NCBI GenBank assembly: GCA_016927395.1
Contig: JAFGMU010000020.1
Span: 1 to 42,624, forward strand
Source of the DNA: Alphaproteobacteria bacterium
GTDB taxonomy: Bacteria > Pseudomonadota > Alphaproteobacteria > Rs-D84
Length of the DNA: 42,624 nt
Direction of reading: 5' to 3'
Shown here: piece after piece, positions 17,955-27,400 of the stretch
Layout: each line of letters opens with the position of its first letter
Position numbering within the stretch: the stretch's first letter is position 1
The notes under the pieces: model-generated
Seen by the model: the letters and a program-made list of their open reading frames with translations, nothing else
What the model was told of the DNA's origin: nothing
Database searches by the model: none
Translations under genes and position numbers: made by a program

Positions 17955-19667
17955 TTATCCCTGTGGGCAAGATCCAGTATTAATTTCAACGGTTACGTTG
18001 CGGCAAGATGAATTTGAAAGAGTTTTTGAATCGCACTTACTACTTCCATTACCAACGGTTTGTATATTTAATTCTGAAATTCCATTATTGGTCAGTATTT
18101 TCTTAACGCTTTCTGCACGTTTCAAACTCAATACATCGTTTGTTTCCTTGGAACCGGTTTTGTCAGTATTACCAGAAACTAAATAGCAAACATCTGTTGA
18201 ACTTATATCTTTGATTCTGTCATTTAAAATAGTTTTATAATCATCTTTTACTTCAAATTCATTCGGAGCAAAACTGTTGGAAGTTAGAGTTATTTTTTCA
18301 ATTTGTACAATGTTTGTTTCTGTTTCTGAAACTGTATTTTTGGATACAACAGATTTAAACATAGAATTCAAATTGTTATTATTTAATGAATCAAAATTAG
18401 TTTTTTTAGATTCTTTTACTTGGCAAAATACACCATCAATTTCTTTTGGCGGATTGCATACGCATTTATTATTTTCAACCAAATCAAATCCAAGTGAACA
18501 TAAACATTTGTTATCGGTTGTTGCATAAATATGTTCATCATTTCCGCAGTCAACTGTTGGTTTATCAACACAACCGTTTTCTGTATAATTTTTATTTTCA
18601 TCATTGCAAACGCAATTTTCCCCGACCAATTTTGCGTCGGTACCACAGTCTGGTTTTGTAACTTCTGATTTATTGTCGATTTCAGTTTGAATTTCCTTTG
18701 CGGCCGCAGCAATTTTTGCATATTTTGCGTTTATTTCATCGGAACTTTCCTGGGCAGAATTTTTATTTATCAACATATTTCCAGCAATTCCACCAACAAT
18801 TCCAGCACCTGCGACAAGTGCACCTGTTGTTACTTTTTTGGATGCCGCGGCTTTTTGGGCATACCAAGCATCGTCGTCACCAGCCGCACCAGTCAATGAT
18901 GCAGATACACTGGCAAATGCACCAGATTTTCTTTCTGCTTGGTCATATTCATATAGCCCAGTAGTTGATTTATCTAATATTGTTTCAGATTCAATTCCCG
19001 GCGCCATACCCAAAGCGGTTTTTGTATTTTTTAATTCATCTGCCAAGGTTTTGTATTCAGTATACATTGGCATTAAAACATTTCCGCCGGGCAGGGTAAT
19101 TGATTTTTCCCCGCCATTTATATTTTGACCCTGACCATAGTCACATTTGAAAGTTGCCAGATATGCCTTCATATCAGTTTCGGCATCTTTGTCAGATTTT
19201 TGTTCTGATAATCCTTGGGCCAATTGACTGCCCCCAATTCCGGTTGCACCAATAGATGCAGCCCCCAATAATTTATTTTCCGTAGAATTTTCTTTATCTC
19301 TCATCGCCTGGGCATTTGCCTCGAGCTCTGAAACTTTATCACTAGACACCGCATGTTCTTGTGAACTATTTGTTTTTTCGTTTATTTCTTGCTTTTGTTT
19401 TTCTTGATATTTTTGTTCCTCTTCTTTTTCTTGTGAACTTAACTGTTTGTTAAACTTCTTTTTAGCTGTTCTGATTGTTGATTTCTTATCATCATTTACT
19501 TGATTTGTTGCCAGTGTTACAAGATTTGTATTTTTTGTAATTTTACTATTCAATATATTTGTTGCATCTTTGATGTCAGATTCATATTTTGCCACAGCGT
19601 CTTCAAAAGAATCCGCAAAAGCAGTAACAGGAAGTAAAAATAAAAATACAAAAATCAGTTTCTTCAT
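17955..19667 (-). CDS. Secreted protein: coiled coil, two glycine zippers, EGF-like Cys repeats and a C-terminal OmpA-like domain (start likely ATG 19667)
   Basis: MKKLIFVFLFLLPVTAFA signal; GNTDKTG..NDVLSLKRAESV..GNG..RNV (OmpA/MotB); CVC/CLC repeats. Confidence 0.88.
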   Translation of the reverse strand: MKKLIFVFLFLLPVTAFADSFEDAVAKYESDIKDATNILNSKITKNTNLVTLATNQVNDDKKSTIRTAKKKFNKQLSSQEKEEEQKYQEKQKQEINEKTNSSQEHAVSSDKVSELEANAQAMRDKENSTENKLLGAASIGATGIGGSQLAQGLSEQKSDKDAETDMKAYLATFKCDYGQGQNINGGEKSITLPGGNVLMPMYTEYKTLADELKNTKTALGMAPGIESETILDKSTTGLYEYDQAERKSGAFASVSASLTGAAGDDDAWYAQKAAASKKVTTGALVAGAGIVGGIAGNMLINKNSAQESSDEINAKYAKIAAAAKEIQTEIDNKSEVTKPDCGTDAKLVGENCVCNDENKNYTENGCVDKPTVDCGNDEHIYATTDNKCLCSLGFDLVENNKCVCNPPKEIDGVFCQVKESKKTNFDSLNNNNLNSMFKSVVSKNTVSETETNIVQIEKITLTSNSFAPNEFEVKDDYKTILNDRIKDISSTDVCYLVSGNTDKTGSKETNDVLSLKRAESVKKILTNNGISELNIQTVGNGSSKCDSKTLSNSSCRNVTVEINTGSCPQG

Positions 19668-19681
19668 TATTCTTGTCACTT

Positions 19682-20251
19682 TTAAATTCCAAGTTTTCTT
19701 TCAAATTCAGATTTTGCAATTTGAACAGATGTGTTAAATTCTTCTAATGCTTGCTTTTCTGAATCTGTTGCTTGTTGTGTTGCCTCTGCTAGTTTTTTCT
19801 TGTCAGATTTGAACATATTCTTAATACCGCTACCGAAGCTTTCTTTTGAATTACTATTTTTTTCAATAGTTGTTTCTTTGTCTTCTGTTTTTTTATCTAA
19901 TAATTCCGAAGATGTTGTTTTTTCAGTTTTATCAATAGAAATATTTTTTTTATCAATGGAATCAGGAATAGTTATTGAGACAGTTTTGTTTTCTTTTGTT
20001 TTATTTTCTTCTGCGATAAGTAAGCAATGATTTTTTAAGTCTGTCATCATTTCACTATTATTAATACCACTTTTAGTTATGCAACCTATTGAATTTTCGG
20101 TTGTTGAACATTTTATATTTGGACTTTCATCAATACAGTATTTCTCACCAATTCGAATAGCGTCATCAAAACTTTTACTAAATGCACCAGCGCCAGTTGA
20201 AATCATAAATACTGGTATAAAAATAATAAAGATCGTTAATATTTTTTTCAT
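19682..20251 (-). CDS. Secreted hypothetical protein with a small Cys domain and helical tail (start likely ATG 20251)
   Basis: MKKILTIFIIFIPVFMISTGAGA signal; starts just after the upstream stop. Confidence 0.8.
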   Translation of the reverse strand: MKKILTIFIIFIPVFMISTGAGAFSKSFDDAIRIGEKYCIDESPNIKCSTTENSIGCITKSGINNSEMMTDLKNHCLLIAEENKTKENKTVSITIPDSIDKKNISIDKTEKTTSSELLDKKTEDKETTIEKNSNSKESFGSGIKNMFKSDKKKLAEATQQATDSEKQALEEFNTSVQIAKSEFERKLGI

Positions 20252-20252
20252 T

Positions 20253-21947
20253 TTACTTTCCACCTGATACCATCGAAGAGGTTATTCTAGTTGGAGCTTC
20301 TGGTTTTGGTACTGAAATACTAGTTACTTCAATCTGTTTCATTTCTTTTAAACCACTGCTAGCTTCTGTTGTTTTTTGTCTGGATGCATTCAGATTATTT
20401 TCAGCATTTTTTATATCCGTGCTATTACCACTTTTTAATGCTGAATTATAGTTATCCCTTGCACTTGCATACTCTTTTTCAGCACCTTCCATTTTTTCAA
20501 ATGCTTCGGCATTACCCTTGTTTATCTCAGAATTTTGCTTAAATACTTCATCTCTGTTTGTTTCAAGTTTAATTTCTGATGAATTATTTTTTTGCTCTTT
20601 GTTAACACTATTGTTTATTGTATCAGTTTTTCCTGTCGACGAAATATCAGATTCATTTGTTAAATCATTATCTTTGGCATCAGGATTTTTTTGACTCGTT
20701 GAACCTTCTTCCTTCTTTGCGGCGTCAACTGCTTTTTCTGCTTTTTGTGTATCCATTGCACGACTGATAGCACCAGATGAAATCGAACCTGCAGCAACAC
20801 CCAAACCAGCACCCAAAATCGCAGAAGATGCAGCAGTTTGTTCGCGTGTCAGTCGATACGCGTTTTCTTTGTATGTTGTCAAATCAACACCAAACCAATT
20901 TTGATCGCAATCAAAAGCATCACCAGCATATAATTTCTTTGACGCCATAGGATTTTTTGAATTATTTGCAAATAAATTTACTGTGAATACACAGTCTAAA
21001 CTGCGTTCATCAAACATTGCACCCAATGTTTTACATTGTTCTGCCATTTTTTCACGAAGCTCGTACAGACGTGCTTCGTCTTTGGTAACCTGGGCAGTTG
21101 CATTTGCACGTAATGTTCCAAATACCTGTTGAATTCTGCTGGTCATACCATTGTCAAAATTTTGGCAACCGCTAGCAACACTGGAGCAGGAGGCAATTGC
21201 AGCATCTGATACCGACTTTGAAATACATTGCGAAAAATTGGTTCCACATTTTTTTATTATACAACTGTTATAACTATTTCCACATTCGGTTGTTTTTGTA
21301 TAACCAGATATTTTCGAGTTATAATCACGGTCGGCCTTGATTTCTTTTGCAAACGCTGTAAATTCTTCGCCAGAACAATTTGTATCTGCACGGCATAAAT
21401 TTATTTTATTTCCCCAATCAGTATCACCGTCACCAGCACATTTTGAAAAATCGTTATCGCATTTTTGTCGCATGCAGTCGCGTAAATTTGTATCACATGA
21501 ATTTTTACCAGATGCCATCGCCGCGGCAGCGGTTTTTTTAGCAGTAGATATATTAGCAGCCGAATCCAGTGCAGCACGTTGATCCATTATCATCTGTTCG
21601 CGTGAATTGGCAACAGTGTCAGTTGAATTTGCAACTGTACCTGACAGCACAGCTTCGAATTGGGAAGATTTGTTATCAATTATATTACTGGTATCTTCTG
21701 TGACAGTTTCTTCTGGTGCTGGTTCTAAATCATTTGTTTGATTTTCATTTGAAACCACGGGCTGGGTTGCAGAAGAAATTCTGGCTGCATTGTTTGCACG
21801 TGGTGCCGCACGACTGGCCACAGCGCCCCTTTGAACAACCTGTGCTGCAAAAGATTCAGTAACTGCAGAAACAGCAAAGCAAGAAATCAAACAGATTCCA
21901 ATAATCCGATTTAATTTTAATGTAAAGATTGAATCATAAATCTTCAT
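20253..21947 (-). CDS. Secreted Cys-rich protein with a glycine zipper, 564 aa
   Basis: Signal-like N-terminus; CDTNLRDCMRQKCDNDFSKC and CGNSYNSCIIKKCGTNFSQC; ILGAGLGVAAG; ATGA overlap with the upstream gene. Confidence 0.88.
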   Translation of the reverse strand: MKIYDSIFTLKLNRIIGICLISCFAVSAVTESFAAQVVQRGAVASRAAPRANNAARISSATQPVVSNENQTNDLEPAPEETVTEDTSNIIDNKSSQFEAVLSGTVANSTDTVANSREQMIMDQRAALDSAANISTAKKTAAAAMASGKNSCDTNLRDCMRQKCDNDFSKCAGDGDTDWGNKINLCRADTNCSGEEFTAFAKEIKADRDYNSKISGYTKTTECGNSYNSCIIKKCGTNFSQCISKSVSDAAIASCSSVASGCQNFDNGMTSRIQQVFGTLRANATAQVTKDEARLYELREKMAEQCKTLGAMFDERSLDCVFTVNLFANNSKNPMASKKLYAGDAFDCDQNWFGVDLTTYKENAYRLTREQTAASSAILGAGLGVAAGSISSGAISRAMDTQKAEKAVDAAKKEEGSTSQKNPDAKDNDLTNESDISSTGKTDTINNSVNKEQKNNSSEIKLETNRDEVFKQNSEINKGNAEAFEKMEGAEKEYASARDNYNSALKSGNSTDIKNAENNLNASRQKTTEASSGLKEMKQIEVTSISVPKPEAPTRITSSMVSGGK

Positions 21948-22825
21948 TTTTGTTTATAATTTCCACAAGCTGTATCGTAAAAACCACATAACAAAGTAGC
22001 CATTGATTTTTCGGATTCATACCCGCTGGCGCATTTGTTTTTCATATTTATTTGGCAGACGGTTTTTATACAGGTTTCGCGTGCTTGGTTGTTTGTGCAT
22101 GCATCATTTACCATTTTTAAACCAGATTCGCGTTTTGATTTATAAGAATTAACAATTTTTGTAACCAAGGCTTTTTGATTAGCAATGGCAGAGTCACGTG
22201 ACTTCATCGACATTGAACGAACTTCGTTTATAGAGTTATCGCATCCACTGGCCTGAGCGGCGCATGCAGAAAAGAATTTATTAAAATCAGCATCGTCTTT
22301 GCACCCTGAAAAATCAGATCTACATGAATTTTCATCAGATAAGCATGTCATTATTTGTGCATTACAATCATCCGTACTTTTTGATTTTTTTAACGAAGAT
22401 GTCAAAGATTTTGTTTCAGCAGTTATTCCAGCGGCCTTGCAAGATTGTTCAATCAACTTATCATAAACTTTTGAAACGTCATCAGCGGTGCATCCCGAAA
22501 TCTTTTTAATACATTCACCAGTTGCCCACGCATAGCGCATACCTGGGTCTGTTGGCGCGGATTTTAAATCTGACTCTGATATGGTGTTTTTTGAAGATGT
22601 ACCAACGGATATGCTTTTCATACTTGTTATTTCAGCAGAACCAGCAGAAGATGTACCGCACAACTGACATCTACTGGCAGGATTTAATCCAATATTTAAG
22701 CTGCACGCAGAATCCAGGCATTTTGTAAGGTCATAATTAGAGCACGAAGCAACAGCGCCTGCTGCGAAAAAATCAGCAAGTATTAAATAGGTAGCAACTG
22801 AAAATAATTTGATAATGGACTTCAT
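21944..22825 (-). CDS. Secreted Cys-rich protein, 293 aa; compact paralog of the 916-aa proteins
   Basis: CLDSAC..RCQLC, YAWATGEC..YDKLIEQSC, CNAQIMTCL..CRSDFSGC. Confidence 0.88.
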   Translation of the reverse strand: MKSIIKLFSVATYLILADFFAAGAVASCSNYDLTKCLDSACSLNIGLNPASRCQLCGTSSAGSAEITSMKSISVGTSSKNTISESDLKSAPTDPGMRYAWATGECIKKISGCTADDVSKVYDKLIEQSCKAAGITAETKSLTSSLKKSKSTDDCNAQIMTCLSDENSCRSDFSGCKDDADFNKFFSACAAQASGCDNSINEVRSMSMKSRDSAIANQKALVTKIVNSYKSKRESGLKMVNDACTNNQARETCIKTVCQINMKNKCASGYESEKSMATLLCGFYDTACGNYKQK

Positions 22826-22840
22826 TTCTCTCGTTATCTA

Positions 22841-22869
22841 ATTCTATCAAAAAATACAACTCAGAGCAA
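22841..22869 (-). promoter_or_regulatory. Putative promoter of the four-gene operon
   Basis: TTGCTC-N17-TAGAAT with extended TG; TTGCTCTGA shared with 42613-42621. Confidence 0.65.
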
Positions 22870-22989
22870 AGAGAAAAACAACACCTGTAAAAATATTTAC
22901 AAATAAATTATTAGATTAAAATCCAGTTAAACAATATGGAATTTTTCCCAAAAATATGATATTCTGTTTTTATCCTAGGAATATAATCA

Positions 22990-23454
22990 ATGTCAGGTGA
23001 AGATTTTTATAGAAAAGAAAACATGAAAAAAACCGAAATAAAACAGTCGGGTAGTCTATATGTAAATCAAATAAAAATCGAAAATGAAAAAGATAATAAT
23101 CTAAAAAAAGCAATAACTGTCTTTTTTATAGTTAGTTTTGCTATTTCTATAACTATTAATATTTGGCAATCATTTGCAAATGATGAAGCATATAAGATTA
23201 CAATGGATTCGTTGGAAAGATTAAAAAAAGAAACAGAAAAATCAAGATTAAAAGACCAACAATTGAAACGCCAGTCTGATAAAGAATTAGAACAGTACAA
23301 AAAAATAAATAATTTAGAAAAAATAATAGAATATAAAGATTCTTTGAATCTTATAACTATCAGAAAATTGCAAGAAACCATAAAAAAATTCAATTTTGAA
23401 AAAGCTAAATTAGAAGCGGATTTTAAAAAAGATTATGCCAGTTATACTAGATAA
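22990..23454 (+). CDS. Hypothetical single-pass membrane coiled-coil protein
   Basis: TM segment AITVFFIVSFAISITINIW then a K/E-rich heptad region; 3' end overlaps the convergent gene by 13 nt. Confidence 0.7.
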   Translation: MSGEDFYRKENMKKTEIKQSGSLYVNQIKIENEKDNNLKKAITVFFIVSFAISITINIWQSFANDEAYKITMDSLERLKKETEKSRLKDQQLKRQSDKELEQYKKINNLEKIIEYKDSLNLITIRKLQETIKKFNFEKAKLEADFKKDYASYTR

Positions 23455-24350
23455 AAATATAATCCCAGTAATGTAAGATAGAAAATTCCGGTAAATCTGG
23501 AAATTTTCTTTTCCAACGATAATTGAAAAAAGAATAGGGCAGTCACCCCAATCATTACCCAAATATCAAAAGAAATAATGTATTTAGAAACGGTCAATGG
23601 TGCAACAATAGCAGCGGTGCCAACCGCCAAGGATATGTTTATTATGTTTGCACCCAAAATATTCCCTAAAACTATACCAGTACGTTTTTTTAATGCGGCA
23701 ATTATTGTGACCAATAATTCTGGTATTGATGTTCCGGTTGCTACAATGAAAATTCCCATAATTCTTTCGTCTAGATTGTAAGTGAAAGCTATTGATTCCA
23801 GGGCATTCATAAAATATTTGCTACCAATATAAAGACCAACTATGCCGGCAATCAAAGGTATTATAATTTTATATGGGTGAATGTATTCTTTTTTTATTTT
23901 ATTTATTTCCTGGGATGATTTGATTTTCTTTGCGATTATATAGGCAATAAAAATAAATATCAAAACCATACCGTCAAATTTTGAAACTGTTCCATCAACT
24001 ATTGTCCACAGCATAATAACAGCGGATAGCAGTACAAAATACAATTCCAGTTTTCTTTTTTGAAAATCGACAACCACAGGATGTAACAAAACACCAATTC
24101 CAAAAATTCCCAAAATTCGTATTATGTTTGATCCGATTGCATTTCCAACCGCCAGTCCACCGTAACCCTTGGCACTGGATAGTATTGAAACCAATATTTC
24201 GGGTGCGGTTGTTCCCAAACCAATAATAATAACAGATACTATAAATTCAGAAACTCGTATTCTTTTTGCCATGCGCACACACCCGCGAATTAACCAATTG
24301 GCGCCAAAAATCATAACAATCAAACTGGAAAAAAGAATAATCCAAGGCAT
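23442..24350 (-). CDS. CaCA-family Na+/Ca2+ antiporter (YrbG-like)
   Basis: Alpha-repeats GTTAPE..GNAIGSN and GTSIPE..GNILGAN; about 10 TM segments. Confidence 0.92.
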   Translation of the reverse strand: MPWIILFSSLIVMIFGANWLIRGCVRMAKRIRVSEFIVSVIIIGLGTTAPEILVSILSSAKGYGGLAVGNAIGSNIIRILGIFGIGVLLHPVVVDFQKRKLELYFVLLSAVIMLWTIVDGTVSKFDGMVLIFIFIAYIIAKKIKSSQEINKIKKEYIHPYKIIIPLIAGIVGLYIGSKYFMNALESIAFTYNLDERIMGIFIVATGTSIPELLVTIIAALKKRTGIVLGNILGANIINISLAVGTAAIVAPLTVSKYIISFDIWVMIGVTALFFFQLSLEKKISRFTGIFYLTLLGLYFYLV

Positions 24351-24356
24351 AGGTTG

Positions 24357-24384
24357 ATTGTATCAAATTTATAAAAATTTTCAA
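24357..24384 (-). promoter_or_regulatory. Promoter for a leaderless antiporter mRNA
   Basis: TTGAAA-N16-TACAAT with extended TG, 6 nt before the ATG; no SD. Confidence 0.65.
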
Positions 24385-24494
24385 TAATGATAGAATTCTT
24401 ATTAGTAAATGAAAAAAATGCAAACCAATAACTGTTTTTTGTCTGGACAGGCAAAAATGTTTTATGGTAAAATTCATACCAAGAGAGAATTGTA

Positions 24495-27400
24495 ATGAAA
24501 TTTATAAAAATATTTATATTTGCTTGTTTTTTTGCCCCCAGTGCTTTGTTTGCGGCCACTGATTTCGAAGTTGCATCACAATTGTTGGCAGCTGCAAAAA
24601 ATGCGGACATTCAACAGGTCCAGGCATTGGTCAATAATGGTGCAAATATAAATTATGTTGATAACACTGGTTTGTCAGTTGTTTGTACAGCGCTGATGAA
24701 TAATGACGTTCGTGCAGCACAAATATTACAAATGTATGGCGCTGATGCTTCAAAGTGTGACCAGCAGATTAAAAGATATAATCAAAAATTACCAAAAGAA
24801 TCATCTGGTGGATTATTCAGCGGGCTATCGTCTGCCCAAAGCATAGCATTAGCGGCGGCGGGGGCCGCCGTTGTTGTTGGCGGTCTTTTATTTTTAACAG
24901 ATGCGCTGGATGCTGGTAATACAAATACTTCTTCGACAAGTACTGGTACAGATCGTCCAGGAACGGATACTGGAAATACTACTACTGCGACTGCGGCGTT
25001 TACTTTGCCATACGGTCCGGCCATGCCAAACGCAACTTCTGAAACTGCGAATTATACAACAAATTTGAATTATTACAGCCCAACAACAGATGGTTTAATA
25101 AAAGATAATTTTGCTTTGCTGACAAATACATATGCTCAGAATTATTTGTTGATGATGCATGGGTATTCGCCGTTGGCACGTGGGTATTTGGGAATGCGTA
25201 CTTTGCGTGATACAACTACGCGTGCCCCAATAAGCTTGGCGGGAAATAATCTGGGTTCCGAATCAGTACTAGGGGCCAGACCAGTTAATGTTGCACTGAT
25301 AACTGCAAATGGTGTTAATGCACTTTCAAAACCCGCTGGTGATATTTCCGAAACAACATCATCTTTGGATGATAAATTATTATTATGGACCACAACCAAT
25401 GTTAATGGAACGGCCGCCAGTGGTGCCAGCAATGATATGATTTCCAGTAAATATTATAATAATAAAATAACACGTGGCGCTGATAATAATTCTGCAATTG
25501 ATGATTCAACATCCGAAGATGCAACTTCGTTGTCGTTGTTTGATTTGGGTGGATATGGAACAGTTGTAAACAATAATTTTTCATCAGATATTGATGATTT
25601 GCTGGCAAAAATTGTTGGTGGAAAAGATTCTGGTTATACATCTGCCGACTATATGGGATTTATGCCAAATGGTCAGATGACAATTTTCAGAACCGGCAGT
25701 GGGGTTGGTATGAAGACTGCATCTGGCGCTGTTTCTGGAAATTATACTGACGAAGGCGACGGTGTATGGGGAACGGGTGATACATTGACTTTATACGGTC
25801 ATACATTGACAATAACAGTTGATGCAACTGGTTTGGGTTTTGTTGCAACCGATGGTACAAACACGTATAACGGTTATCGCGGAACAGATGGTTTGTTGTA
25901 TGTTGACAGCGACAGCAGTGGTTCTGTTGACCAGGCATATAATATCGAAACTGGTGGTAATTTGACACTTTCCAAGGAAGCAGGTGCAACAGATTATTTA
26001 AATTACAAGGCACTTTATAATGCAGGTTTGCTGTGGGCTGCTGGTGATTTGGCAAACGGTCGTTCAAAACCAGATGTTATTGCAAATGCAGATATAATTG
26101 AACCATTGCATGCAGCAGATGCAAAAACAATTTCTGATATTTTATCAGTGTCAGCAACAAGCCGAGAAACATCTTTTATTAACCTGATAAATCAATACTA
26201 TAATGTTGATACAACTGATGGTACATCTGGTGGGGATTCTTTGCCGGGAACATCTGCAACAAACTTTTTCGGTGGTTTGGGTTCTTCATTTTCACCAATT
26301 GTAATTTTTTCAACCGGCGCTTCTGTGACGGACAGCAGTTATTCGGGCAGTACCAAGGAAGCAACTTTTGAAAACGCGGCACCTTTGATTTACAGCAGCA
26401 TAGAACATTTGTTTATGTCAGTTGTTGCTGTGGGATTAACTGGTACTGGAACAAATGGTACTACCAGTGTTTCAGGATACTCTCCGTCTGGAAAAATTGC
26501 ACTGAGTCAGTGGCATGATACAACAACAAATACTTATTATAAAGCACGCACATGTGGAATTGGCGGCAGTGGGGCAAATGGAATTGATCCATGGTGTTTC
26601 GCAGCGGCGGGGGTTACAGATGAATTGGCTGTTGCCAGTATGGCTGGTGCAGTTGGTGCTGTTAAATCTGCGTTTGATTATCTGAATAATAAACAATTGT
26701 TTGCTTTGTTGGCATTAACATCGGATGGTCCATATTTGGGAACAAATTCGTCTGGAACTGCGTTTACGGCGACTACTTTGGCATCTTATTTACAGGGTAT
26801 GTATCAAATGCCAGCCGAGTATGATTATAAATGGCAATACGGTGGTGAAAACTATTTGGACGTTTTCAAAGAAGTTTTTGGATATGGAATGATAAATTTG
26901 GAACGTGCAACAAAACCTGGTAGCAAAATTTATTATTATGATGGTACAAATATTGTTTCAACCAGCGGGGGTGCATATTGGCGTGCTGCTTCGAATACAA
27001 TATTCAGATCTTCGATTATATTCAATCCGCGCACGGCATATATCAGTGCACCTTTCTACGACGTTTTGGAAAGCGTGGATGGAACTTTATCTTTGCCACG
27101 TATTTGGGAAAATGAATTTACTTTAGGAATATCTGATGAACGTGCTTTATATATGGGTGATGTTCTGGGTGAATTCCAGGTCAGTACAGATAAAATCCCA
27201 GAATATAAAGTTGGAAATATGACTTTGCAAATGGCGGTTTCACAGAAATCATATGATGACAACATGGGTGGACTGGATAATATGCAATTCGGATACAGTG
27301 TTGGAAATATGGAATTTGCAGCCGGATACCAGGGACACTTTACAGATGGAATGTCCAGATTTGATTCAACATCTAATCCGATTTTATCTTTGGCTTCGAA

